This document shows, one piece after another, positions 26,928-35,854 of a stretch of 64,000 nt of DNA (positions are counted from its first letter, which is position 1; each line of letters begins with the position of its first letter). This DNA comes from a virus (Duplodnaviria; Caudoviricetes). Both the position numbers and the translations under genes were made by a program. The stretch covers positions 1 to 64,000 of IMG/VR virus record IMGVR_UViG_3300046615_000401. One strand, 5' to 3'. The notes under the pieces were generated by a model, which was not told where the DNA came from, did not search any database, and saw nothing but the letters and a program-made list of their open reading frames with translations.

Positions 26928-27605
26928 TTAGCCGAACAGACTGGAGGTGGTCTTGGCCGGCTTCTCCACTTCAACCTGTGGTTGCAGCGTTGCTTGGGCT
27001 TCAGCCGCAAACAGTGGTGCTGCTTCTGCGACCTTGGCTTCAGCGATAGGTTCAGCCTTGGCTGCTTCAGTTTCCTGGGTGGCCAGCAGTGCTGTAGCAG
27101 CCGATTCCTTGGTGGCGGCCACGGCTTCTGCTGCGGTGGTGATCGGTGCTGCAGTAACCACAGTTGCGGTGACAGGGGTATCCGTTTGCACGGCTACTGC
27201 CACAGCAACTTCTTCAACAACAGCCACGGCAGGGATCAGGCCCAGCACGGTACCAACGGATTTGATTTCACCACCACCGGGCAGGATAGCTTCCTTCTTT
27301 GGCTTGTCTTCTTCGACTTCGTCCACCACAGCCACGTCAGGAGTGTTGCCCCGGATAGTGGCATCGGTAGCTGGGGTCATCAGCACCACAGCGGTATCCG
27401 CTACCGGATCCACATAAACGGCGTCCGGCAGCGTGAAGCCAGGGATCTCCACATCATCGATATGGATGGCCGCCGACAGACCATTGCCGCCGCGGCCGGA
27501 GGTGAAGTCGATGCTCATGGTTTTGTTGCGCAGCGAGATGCCCTGGTGGCCGATGTACTGGCGGATGGCTTTCTCGATGTCGGGTTGTTTCAGGATGATT
27601 TCCAT
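26928..27605 (-). CDS. Conserved N4-like protein (gp48-like) with a low-complexity tail ending SSLFG
   Basis: MEIILKQPDIEKAIRQYI...IDFTSGRGGNGLSA.I.I N-terminal domain; Ala/Val/Glu-rich C-terminus. Confidence 0.75.
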   Translation of the reverse strand: MEIILKQPDIEKAIRQYIGHQGISLRNKTMSIDFTSGRGGNGLSAAIHIDDVEIPGFTLPDAVYVDPVADTAVVLMTPATDATIRGNTPDVAVVDEVEEDKPKKEAILPGGGEIKSVGTVLGLIPAVAVVEEVAVAVAVQTDTPVTATVVTAAPITTAAEAVAATKESAATALLATQETEAAKAEPIAEAKVAEAAPLFAAEAQATLQPQVEVEKPAKTTSSLFG

Positions 27606-27635
27606 GTTGCTCTCTTATGTAAGGTACTGCGGTGG

Positions 27636-28247
27636 TTAAGCTGCTTGCCTGAACTGCATCAGGTGCAGGGTTTGTTTAAAGCTGTTGGTACGCAGGCCGG
27701 CATAGATGGCAGCGGTGGCATCGGCCATGTGTTCGGCCTTGGCAGCGCTGACCTGCTCCTTGCCGTTGTTCTTGAACATGGGCCAGTTGGCTTCGGGGTG
27801 TCGCCCCATGGCCCATTCAATCATCTCCAGCTTGGTGGCAGTCTTCTTGCCGACACTGACCATCTTCACTTCGGATGGCGTCACCTCGAAGAACGGAATG
27901 CCCGTGGCACGTAATGCCCCCAGCACGCCCACACAGATGCCATACGAGGCCATCGCACGGGCAGACTGGCTGCCTACCGGAACCTCAACGAAAATCGCCT
28001 GGGCGCCCTGTGCGTGGGCCAGGGCTGCCTCACACAATTGATACGCCGCTTCCAGATCCTCGCTGTTCTGCCTTACCTGCTTCCCGGTAGGCAGTACCGG
28101 TTGGATCACCGCCACCTCGTTGATCACCAAGGTGGCGTCAGCCAGGGTGTGACCCAAGGTGAGAATACCCTTGGAGACACCCCAGTTGCGCAGTGATGGA
28201 TCGAAACCCACCACCTTGAAGCCAGCCAGGTCAGCCTGGTGCATCAT
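27636..28247 (-). CDS. RuvC-like Holliday junction resolvase
   Basis: VVGFDPSLRNWG, FVEVP, EHMADATAAI acidic motifs; start moved to MMHQ (28247). Confidence 0.85.
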   Translation of the reverse strand: MMHQADLAGFKVVGFDPSLRNWGVSKGILTLGHTLADATLVINEVAVIQPVLPTGKQVRQNSEDLEAAYQLCEAALAHAQGAQAIFVEVPVGSQSARAMASYGICVGVLGALRATGIPFFEVTPSEVKMVSVGKKTATKLEMIEWAMGRHPEANWPMFKNNGKEQVSAAKAEHMADATAAIYAGLRTNSFKQTLHLMQFRQAA

Positions 28248-28578
28248 CGCCGGGTGCTGCTTCGATGCTGGCGCCAAACGGCAGATCCTTGAACAGGTTC
28301 AGCACGGTCATGACACCGACACGGAACACCTGCAGGTAGGCACCGTTCAGGTCCATGGCAATGACTTCACCTGGCTTGGCTTCGTCTTCCACCTCTATGG
28401 TGGTACCTTCTTGAAACTCCAGCAGGCGGTTGCCATGTTCCATCTTCTCGGCATGCCAGTGATCCACCAGCATGGCAAAGGCGTCGATATCAACAATGGG
28501 GGTGGCACCGACGGGCACGGCTTCCTTGAAGATGGCTTGACCAGCCAGCTCAGGATTCAGGACGGCGATTTCAGCCAT
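28231..28578 (-). CDS. Hypothetical protein
   Basis: 115 aa ORF tiling between neighbours, with phage-like codon usage. Confidence 0.7.
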   Translation of the reverse strand: MAEIAVLNPELAGQAIFKEAVPVGATPIVDIDAFAMLVDHWHAEKMEHGNRLLEFQEGTTIEVEDEAKPGEVIAMDLNGAYLQVFRVGVMTVLNLFKDLPFGASIEAAPGDDAPG

Positions 28579-28894
28579 GGTTCAGCTCCTTGTATAGAGC
28601 GTAGCCTTCCAGCTCCCACAGCTTGGCGGTGGCCTTGTTTTCGGCGTCTTCCTTGCCGATACGAATACCCGTAGCCGCGATGAAGTTGTCCTTATCCACG
28701 CAGGCACTGAAGCCAGTGGCCAACAGAAAGGCATCGTCCAGGTAGGCATGTACAAAGGTGCTGGTGGTGCCTTCCGGTACGTGCACCTTGTAGGTGACAC
28801 GGTGCATCAGCGCTTCGATGTCTTCACGCATGACACGGCGGCCGGTCTTGCCAGCTGCGGCCAGTTCCTGGCTGGTGATGTCCGGCTTATCCAT
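28571..28894 (-). CDS. N4 Gp49 / Sf6 gene 66 family protein
   Basis: TG.SACVDKDNF....G..IG.EDA..K....LWELEGY.L signature; start at MDKPDI. Confidence 0.85.
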   Translation of the reverse strand: MDKPDITSQELAAAGKTGRRVMREDIEALMHRVTYKVHVPEGTTSTFVHAYLDDAFLLATGFSACVDKDNFIAATGIRIGKEDAENKATAKLWELEGYALYKELNHG

Positions 28895-29057
28895 TGACCA
28901 CCTCCGGCTTGGCCGACAGGAAGACGTAGAACATCTGCGCCGCATTTATTACAGTCGAGGGATGGTTGTTACCGCCCACTTGGTTGCGTACAGCCATATC
29001 GAGTGCCATGGCACGCATGTTCAGGTCATGCCCACCATCATTTTCATTTTCACCCAT
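28887..29057 (-). CDS. Small hypothetical protein (56 aa), absent from the ORF track
   Basis: MGENENDGGHDLNMRAMALDMAVRNQ...AAQMFYVFLSAKPEVVNG*; fills the gap and overlaps the next start. Confidence 0.55.
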   Translation of the reverse strand: MGENENDGGHDLNMRAMALDMAVRNQVGGNNHPSTVINAAQMFYVFLSAKPEVVNG

Positions 29058-29129
29058 TGGTATCTCACTTAGGTTAGGTAGATTGCCAGCCAGCGGCTGC
29101 CGGCTGGTTATTGCGATGACGCCGGAGGA

Positions 29130-29888
29130 TTAACCGAACAGGCTGGACTTCGGTTTCGGCGTACCAGCTGCAGCGGCAGCTTTCGGTGCACCAGGGACAC
29201 CTGCATTGGCGCCGGCACCCTTGGCTTTGTTGCGCACCTGGCCACGCCATTTCTCGGTCCAGGCAGCGTAGAACTCGGCCGTTTCGGACTTGGCCTTGAT
29301 CTCGGTGGTGGTCTTGTGCATGTGGCCTTCCTTGGCGCAGAAGAACTTGTCGATCTCGTTCTCTTCACGGGTTTCGCCGGTGGGCTCGTATTCATTCGTG
29401 ACTTCGTTCTTCTTGGTCTTGTCCACGATCTGGCGGATCAAGCCGATGACAATGTCTTGGTCCAGCATTTCGGTGATCATCTGTACCTTGGTAGGGATCT
29501 CAGCCTTGGCGGTGAAGTCATACAGCTTGATGACTTTTTCTTCCGTGTCCAGATCGGAGATCTCCTTGCCAGTGGTCAGCAGTGCCAGCGAGTTGGCCTG
29601 ACTGAAGCCAGGCAGCGGGAAGTTCTCGTCGCCTTTGGTGTAGTAAGTCTTGTTACCTTTTTTGTCACCGGAGGTCATGAACAGCGTTTGGCGCAGTTCT
29701 TTGTTGTCGCTGTGGTTGAAGACCAGATGCAGGCCCAGGGCGCCGCTGTCGGATTTTTTGATGTAGGCTAGGACAATCTTGGCAGCGTAAGCATCGGAAT
29801 CAACGACATTGCTACCGCCGCCGAGGACGTCTTTATCATCGGCAATCTTGACGCCGTCTTCGGTTTTGAGGGATTTGAGCAGACTCAT
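29130..29888 (-). CDS. ssb: Single-stranded DNA-binding protein (N4 gp45-like)
   Basis: KDVLGGG...DSDAY...AY..KSDSGA, LPGFSQAN.L.LL, TGETREENEIDKFF; AGGA SD. Confidence 0.88.
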   Translation of the reverse strand: MSLLKSLKTEDGVKIADDKDVLGGGSNVVDSDAYAAKIVLAYIKKSDSGALGLHLVFNHSDNKELRQTLFMTSGDKKGNKTYYTKGDENFPLPGFSQANSLALLTTGKEISDLDTEEKVIKLYDFTAKAEIPTKVQMITEMLDQDIVIGLIRQIVDKTKKNEVTNEYEPTGETREENEIDKFFCAKEGHMHKTTTEIKAKSETAEFYAAWTEKWRGQVRNKAKGAGANAGVPGAPKAAAAAGTPKPKSSLFG

Positions 29889-30003
29889 GGTACATTTCCT
29901 TTTGTAAGGGTTGGTTATGTTGTTGGGTACAGCAAAGTGAAGCGCTGCTCAACTCAATTGTGTTCTACCGGATTGAGCAGTGTAATACAGAACAGTACGA
30001 CCT

Positions 30004-30741
30004 TCAATCGTAATATTCGTGCAGACGGTCGAGAACCAGCTGCATATTGTTGTCGATGTAGGTTTCCTTGGTGTCGAACAGTCCTATTGACCCACGCAAG
30101 CGTTCATTAACCGTTTCCTTGGTCAACTTGGTCTGGAAGACATACTTGAAGCCCAGTGCTTCTTCTTCCGGCGTGATAGTCAGCAGCTTGGACTCGTAGC
30201 CTTTCAAAGCCTTCACTGTCATCTTCTTCGACGCGATCACGGTGGAGAAGTAGGACTCAATACCGTTGTTCTTCAGAGAACCTGCTACTGGCACCTTGGT
30301 TTCCATCACCATCTCACCTTCGTTCAAGGTGTCCAGGGTGTGTGCCAGAAAGATCACGTTCTTCGAGCACGTAGCCACCTTCTGTTGCATGATGGACTTA
30401 AAGTACTGAGCAAACTGGCCCCAGGCTGCACGACCGTCCGCTTGCGTGACGATATACAGCGAAACGTACATGTCCAGCAGGTAAGTCAGCGTGTCGATGA
30501 CGACAGTGTGGATATGTGCCTGTTCCGGCAGCTCCACCCAGTCGAACACCTCGAACAGTTGCAGAGGATCGGTGATGATGAATTCACGGAACTTGGATTT
30601 GAAGGGTAACTTTTTGCCGGACTCACAGTTGCAGTAGGCCACGCCTTCGGGATTCTTCAATCCCATCAGGGAAGCCGACTTGCCGGTGGCGGACTTGCCG
30701 CCGACCAGGATCAAGTGGTCGTTGATTTGTTGCTGGGTCAT
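30004..30741 (-). CDS. AAA ATPase / Sak4-like annealing protein (N4 gp44-like)
   Basis: Walker A GGKSATGKS, Walker B VVIDT; adjacent to SSB. Confidence 0.85.
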   Translation of the reverse strand: MTQQQINDHLILVGGKSATGKSASLMGLKNPEGVAYCNCESGKKLPFKSKFREFIITDPLQLFEVFDWVELPEQAHIHTVVIDTLTYLLDMYVSLYIVTQADGRAAWGQFAQYFKSIMQQKVATCSKNVIFLAHTLDTLNEGEMVMETKVPVAGSLKNNGIESYFSTVIASKKMTVKALKGYESKLLTITPEEEALGFKYVFQTKLTKETVNERLRGSIGLFDTKETYIDNNMQLVLDRLHEYYD

Positions 30742-30755
30742 TTACATCTCCATAG

Positions 30756-30788
30756 AAAAATAAGGGTTGGCTTTATCCAAGCCAACCC
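30756..30788 (-). terminator. Intrinsic terminator-like hairpin
   Basis: GGGTTGGCTT/AAGCCAACCC 10-bp stem, followed on the - strand by UUAUUUUU. Confidence 0.75.
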
Positions 30789-30827
30789 CTGCCAGATTGT
30801 CGCAGACGTGCCCGGAGGGCGCCTGAT

Positions 30828-31253
30828 TTAGAATGCCTTGATACGTTCGGCCAGCACGGAACTGTACATGTGCATGGCACTGTATTGAGAACGTAAACGA
30901 CGTTGTTCGTCAGTAGCCAAGCCAGTGAAGATAGGTGTGTCTACAAACTTCAGCAGAGCAAGCATTTTGGTGTCCAGCTCGGCTTTCTCATCCACCACCC
31001 GTTGCTGGTGTGGCTGCAGCGTGGATGCTGGAATTTCCCGGTAGGTCTTCTCGAACTGCTCAGCCGGCGACCAGCTGATGTAGCCGGTATGAGCCGGATG
31101 GTTAGGTAGTCCGCCGTCGGTGTACTCCACCAAGTAGCCAGGCGTGTCTTTGTCCTGTCCTTCCGGTGTCAACCAGCCCTGATAGTTGTTGTACTGTCCG
31201 CGGGTCATAGGCATGGCCAGCAGAGTCTTGGTACCGATGTAGCGTTTCATCAT
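30828..31253 (-). CDS. Phage protein with a DUF2829-associated-type N-terminus and crAss001_48-like C-terminus
   Basis: KRYIGTK...GYLVEY.DGG..NH....GYISWSP.E.FE..Y, followed by LQPHQQRVVDEKAELD. Confidence 0.7.
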   Translation of the reverse strand: MMKRYIGTKTLLAMPMTRGQYNNYQGWLTPEGQDKDTPGYLVEYTDGGLPNHPAHTGYISWSPAEQFEKTYREIPASTLQPHQQRVVDEKAELDTKMLALLKFVDTPIFTGLATDEQRRLRSQYSAMHMYSSVLAERIKAF

Positions 31254-31264
31254 GATGCGACCTT

Positions 31265-31723
31265 TCAGTTGTCGAAGAAGAACACGATGCGCTGTTCTTC
31301 CAGGTTGGGATTGTCGGTCTTGGGTAAGCCGTCGATCAGCCTGGTCAAGCGTGGCAGCAGTTCCCTTGCATCGAGATCCGGACTGACCAGCATCTGCATG
31401 GCCTTTTCCTTCAACTCCTGCACGGTCAGGTGATTGTGGCTATGTGCATCATCTTCCCAGCGCTCGAAGATGGCAGCTACTTCCGGCGACAGGTCTTCTG
31501 CCATACCGTGATTCGGCAGGCCAAAAGGACACTCGTAGCGTACTTCACCATTGGTGAGCAGACCAAACAAACCATAGTCCCGGCCACGGTAGGAATACGT
31601 GATGTCAGCGTATTCACCATCATCGATTTCTGCTTGGGTAGGTGTGGTCAGTGTGTGCAGCAAATCTGCCACCCAGACACCCTCTTTCTTGGTTTCCGAC
31701 CACAGATGGATATCACAGCCCAT
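31265..31723 (-). CDS. Conserved phage hypothetical protein (MGCDIH family)
   Basis: MGCDIH...RDY.LFGLL...VR...HSHNHLT..EL...R.VFFFDN pattern. Confidence 0.8.
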   Translation of the reverse strand: MGCDIHLWSETKKEGVWVADLLHTLTTPTQAEIDDGEYADITYSYRGRDYGLFGLLTNGEVRYECPFGLPNHGMAEDLSPEVAAIFERWEDDAHSHNHLTVQELKEKAMQMLVSPDLDARELLPRLTRLIDGLPKTDNPNLEEQRIVFFFDN

Positions 31724-31766
31724 GTCAGGCTCCTTGCTAAAGTAAATGGGGCCATAGCCCCGTGGG

Positions 31767-33944
31767 TTAAGGGAGTTTGGCGATTGCCTTGGTGACGCTG
31801 ACCATGATGGTGCTCATGATCTCCATCTCGTCCAGCTTGTCGGCGATACGCTCGTTCAAGTGCAGCACCTTCTGCCGGATCGGCTCGAACTGGAAGCCGG
31901 CATCAACCAGGATCATGGCGAAGCGCAGCAGCATGTTGTTGCGGTTGCCGTCGCCGATGTTGTTCATCACCCAGCGCTCCAAGTTGTCCAAGCCCTGCTG
32001 GTCCTGCAACAACGCTTTGCGCTCCTCGTTCTTACTGGTTTTCGGGATGAACGGCAGCACATCCAGGATGTCACCTTCGTTGTACTCGTAGATGCTGGGC
32101 ATGCCTTCGTTGTTCTGGGCACAGCTCATCCACTTACGCGCACGCTGTCCGGTACCATCATCGACCGAGAACGGCAGCCACTCGTAGATGTTGGCCATGA
32201 ACTCTTTAAAGTCCTTCGCGTCCAGCTGCAACTCGTAGCTGATTGGCAGGATCAGGCGGAAGCGTTCTTCCCCATTGGCTTCCGCCGTCTGGTGCCGCTT
32301 GGTGGTGTAGATCAGATACTTGTACGACGCCATCAACGTCTTCACCGTGCTGAGAGGAATACCCCCATCGACATCGATCACCACCAGATTGAAGCCAGGG
32401 ATGGCATTGTCTTCGTTACGATAGCCACCGGCCACATGGTGCGACAGCCAGTGCATAGAGGGATGATTGGTCAGCTTGTGCAGCTGGTCAAACGGTGCCC
32501 GCTCATTGGCATAGTCGGTGGTGATGTCAGTGCTGTACGCCACGATCATCGAGTCCAGCCGGCTGGCTTTGAGCGTCTCCCCGCGCAGGAATTCAATCCC
32601 ATCCGAGAACGACTTCTTGATGATGATGTTGTTGCGATAGCCCCACGCTGTGGCCAGCGACAGCATCTCGGTCTTCTGGCTTGCGGCACCGCGGTAGAAC
32701 GGCAGATCTTCCACCAGATCGGCTTGGGTGCAATCACGTCGCACCGAGCCCAGATACTTGGCCAGTTTGATGTAAGTGCGGTCCCGTGTCAGCAGCTTGT
32801 CGAAGGCTGCACCAGATTCCTCGGCCAGCTTGATGGCGTTGTACAGATGCTCCGACGTCAGCTCCGGGGAGTCGTCGATAAAGGCGTAGGCGCCAGCCAA
32901 CTTGAGGGCTTTGAAATAGCGGTGGGAGATCTCGGCTTTCTTGATCTCTTCGTGCTCCGGCAGCTCATGGGCGATCTTCTCGCATTTGAGCTTGTACTCG
33001 ATCAGCAGCAGCGAGGTATCTTTGGTCAGCACTAGGCGCTTGTTGACGTTGACGATGTCAGCCAGCTGATCCAGCTTGTCCGCCAGGTCTTCCATCCAGA
33101 CGTTGCTGGACTTATCCGTCAACATGTCATACACCTGTTCTGGCGTCAGCTCCTTCTTGATGTCAGAAGCTTTGCTGTAGCCGAAGAAGCAGCGCCGGGC
33201 ATAGCCGGTTTCCAGCATCGAGTACAGTTCTTCTTCCACCTTGCTGCCGTTAAGCAGCTTGGCCGGCGTCCCGAACAGCATCATGTTGGTCGGCGTTTGA
33301 CCAGGGATTTCCTCATTACGCTTGTTATCGGACGTGTTCTTGATCAGCTTGGTTTTGATCTTGCCGACGTCGTACAATTCCAGGTAGGTGTTGAGTACTT
33401 CCACACTGGACAGTAGATTGCTGCCGATCTCATCGATCTGCAGGTTGACCGAACCAGCATCTGCCATCAGCAACTTGTGACGCATTTGCTTAATAGCAGC
33501 AGGGGTGCCGGAGTCGAAGCTGAATACCAAGGTACCCAGCTCATCGAATTCCTTCTGCACACGCACCAGTTCTTCTTCCGGATCGACGCTCTTGCGGGCA
33601 GCACGCTTCACCGCCAGCTTGGGCAGGTTCTGCTCGGCCAGGATGGTAAACGTCTCCTCCAGAAAACGGGCACGGAAGCGACCAATCACATCGTTTTCAA
33701 TGATGTTGGTTGAGAAGCCTTTGCCCGATCCGGAGGTGCCCAGATTCAGCGCGTACATATTGACCGGAATTTCTCCTCGATCATGGGTAACGATGGTGGT
33801 GCGCATCATCGACGCCACCATGCTGAAGTAGTACCCCACCAGCACGCGGAAGAACAATGGATTATCGTTCTGGGTCTTGTTGCACAGGATCTCCACCAGC
33901 CTCTCCGCGGTGGGATGGAACTGCATTTCCTCATTGGTTTTCAT
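31767..33944 (-). CDS. DNA primase (N4 gp43-like)
   Basis: P-loop-like GTSGSGKG, DEIGSN, primase motifs DVDGG and YTTKRH, C-terminal PriCT-like GNRNNMLLRFA. Confidence 0.88.
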   Translation of the reverse strand: MKTNEEMQFHPTAERLVEILCNKTQNDNPLFFRVLVGYYFSMVASMMRTTIVTHDRGEIPVNMYALNLGTSGSGKGFSTNIIENDVIGRFRARFLEETFTILAEQNLPKLAVKRAARKSVDPEEELVRVQKEFDELGTLVFSFDSGTPAAIKQMRHKLLMADAGSVNLQIDEIGSNLLSSVEVLNTYLELYDVGKIKTKLIKNTSDNKRNEEIPGQTPTNMMLFGTPAKLLNGSKVEEELYSMLETGYARRCFFGYSKASDIKKELTPEQVYDMLTDKSSNVWMEDLADKLDQLADIVNVNKRLVLTKDTSLLLIEYKLKCEKIAHELPEHEEIKKAEISHRYFKALKLAGAYAFIDDSPELTSEHLYNAIKLAEESGAAFDKLLTRDRTYIKLAKYLGSVRRDCTQADLVEDLPFYRGAASQKTEMLSLATAWGYRNNIIIKKSFSDGIEFLRGETLKASRLDSMIVAYSTDITTDYANERAPFDQLHKLTNHPSMHWLSHHVAGGYRNEDNAIPGFNLVVIDVDGGIPLSTVKTLMASYKYLIYTTKRHQTAEANGEERFRLILPISYELQLDAKDFKEFMANIYEWLPFSVDDGTGQRARKWMSCAQNNEGMPSIYEYNEGDILDVLPFIPKTSKNEERKALLQDQQGLDNLERWVMNNIGDGNRNNMLLRFAMILVDAGFQFEPIRQKVLHLNERIADKLDEMEIMSTIMVSVTKAIAKLP

Positions 33945-33976
33945 CGTGCTTTCCTTACGGGGATTGGGATTGAGAG

Positions 33977-34981
33977 TTAGATGACCAGGTCACCGGACTT
34001 GATCAGCGCATCCTTCTGAGTGCAGGCGGCAAAGCCAGCGCAGAACTTACAGGCTTTCACTTCACCTGGCTTGGCGATGACAACGCCGGCACCTTTACCC
34101 ACGGTCATCATGTGGGTGCGGGCAGACAGTTCGTCATCGAAGTTCTTGGTGCTCTTGGCAGCTGTGGCTACCGTTTCAGCGGTATGGTTTTTGTACCACT
34201 TGAACACCGGCTCGGTACGCCACAGTTCTTCATCGGTGCACAACGGCAGATCCGCTTCCGGTGCATCGACCAGGTCGTCGAAGTCGGACAGCTTGCGGCG
34301 TACCCAGGCATCGGTTTCCGCGATTGACATTAACGGCAGGATCACTTGTTTGAAGCGCTCCTGCGGGTAGTTGGGGTTCTGCCTGGCTTGCATGGCAGAC
34401 CAGTCGGTGAAGATGTACTGGATCTTGCCCTGGTCGCGGGTGATGATCTCCGGATTGAGCCAACGGTAGATGCTCAGTTGCAGGATGTACTTGGCATCAT
34501 TGGTGTTGTTCATCGCCGTGTAGGTACCGGTGGTCTTGAAGTCCTCCGGGAAGCCATCACCAACAAAGTCAAACTTGCCAGCCACCAGGTACTTACCCAC
34601 CTGTTTATAGGCACGCTGTTCCAGGTAGATCGGGATGATGTCCGGATCAGCCAGCAGCATGTCTTTGGTGGGGTTGACGCGCACCCTGCCGATGACACGG
34701 TCGGGGATGCCCAATGCCGACAGGGCAGCAACGTGATTGTGTAGCCAGGCGCGTTCGATGCCGTCGTGGATGGCCGAGCCCACCCGTGATGGGATCATGG
34801 CAGCCAGATCCGGCAGGGCCAGTTCCTGTGGTACCCGGCCAGCCAGGATCAGTTGGCGCAGGGGTCGCAACAGGGCGGTTGCGGAGATGGTTTTATCGTC
34901 GTGGTCGTAGTTGTCGGTAGCCAGGAATACACCCAGCGACAGTGGGACCGCGGACACATTGGAATAGCGTGGTTGAGTCAT
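33977..34981 (-). CDS. PD-(D/E)xK nuclease (N4 gp42-like)
   Basis: GSAIHDGIE, GKFDFVGDGFPEDFKTT, QLSIYRWL, C-terminal CKFC...C. Confidence 0.85.
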   Translation of the reverse strand: MTQPRYSNVSAVPLSLGVFLATDNYDHDDKTISATALLRPLRQLILAGRVPQELALPDLAAMIPSRVGSAIHDGIERAWLHNHVAALSALGIPDRVIGRVRVNPTKDMLLADPDIIPIYLEQRAYKQVGKYLVAGKFDFVGDGFPEDFKTTGTYTAMNNTNDAKYILQLSIYRWLNPEIITRDQGKIQYIFTDWSAMQARQNPNYPQERFKQVILPLMSIAETDAWVRRKLSDFDDLVDAPEADLPLCTDEELWRTEPVFKWYKNHTAETVATAAKSTKNFDDELSARTHMMTVGKGAGVVIAKPGEVKACKFCAGFAACTQKDALIKSGDLVI

Positions 34982-34994
34982 GATTCACCTATAG

Positions 34995-35020
34995 AAAAGA
35001 AGGGCCAGTCATACTGGCCC
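34995..35020 (-). terminator. Intrinsic terminator
   Basis: GGGCCAGT-ATG-ACTGGCCC-TTCTTTT on the - strand. Confidence 0.8.
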
Positions 35021-35061
35021 AGGATTATTCAGTAGAGCGCGTGGAACGCGCCTGGTCTTGT

Positions 35062-35739
35062 TTAATTTGCTGCGGTTGGTCCCAGTCCCAGCGGATCATC
35101 CTTGGTTTTCATGAAGCCAGTGTTGGGCAGCGCATTCGCAGCCTTATTTTTGGCCGCACGATCCCGCTCAGCGCCAATAAGCTTGGCCTGACGGACACGT
35201 TGAACCCGGATACGGTCGCCATAGTACGCGATCTTGTCACCGTCGTACACACCGTGATCATCGGCGCCACGTTTGCCATGACCACGCACCCGCATGGCAC
35301 AGGAGCGCCACAGGGCTTTCAGCACGTTGCCTTCAGCGAAGGTCATCTGCAAGGCTTCGATGATGTCCTCACACTCGACAATCGAAGGCTTCATGCGCTT
35401 CGGTTCGGTGATCTCCAGCAGGTAGTAGTTGACGTCGCCGCCGCTGAGTTCACCTGGAGGTGTCATCAGCTTGCTGCCGCTGGAAGGTAGACCGGTTTCG
35501 ATAGTGCGGCCGGACAGAATGCCGGACATGCTGGTAGCTTTACCGGGTATGAGTCCGGCAGGTATTGCTGTGCTGAGAGCAGCTGCAGCACTGGAGATAT
35601 CGTAAGGATTTGTTTTGGGGGCTTCATACGGGGAGGGAGGAATGTCCGGCAGCATGGTGGTATGGCTGTGACCATGGCACCATTTGCTGTCAGGGATAGC
35701 AGTTTTTTCGCATTCGGGGGCTATGCAAATATCAATCAT
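35062..35739 (-). CDS. Hypothetical protein with a DUF3310-like domain and N-terminal Cys/His cluster
   Basis: VNYY....CEDIIEALQMTFAEGNVLKALWR...D.DKI.YY; start at MIDICIAPEC. Confidence 0.7.
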   Translation of the reverse strand: MIDICIAPECEKTAIPDSKWCHGHSHTTMLPDIPPSPYEAPKTNPYDISSAAAALSTAIPAGLIPGKATSMSGILSGRTIETGLPSSGSKLMTPPGELSGGDVNYYLLEITEPKRMKPSIVECEDIIEALQMTFAEGNVLKALWRSCAMRVRGHGKRGADDHGVYDGDKIAYYGDRIRVQRVRQAKLIGAERDRAAKNKAANALPNTGFMKTKDDPLGLGPTAAN

Positions 35740-35854
35740 GATTTTTTCCTGGTGGTGAGATCCCTGGGCAAGGGATCTCCGGGGTTTACTTGCGTATTGA
35801 TGGAGCGTTCCACAGATTGATGGGTGGCAGCTTGGCCACCTCCCAGTCAAGCTT

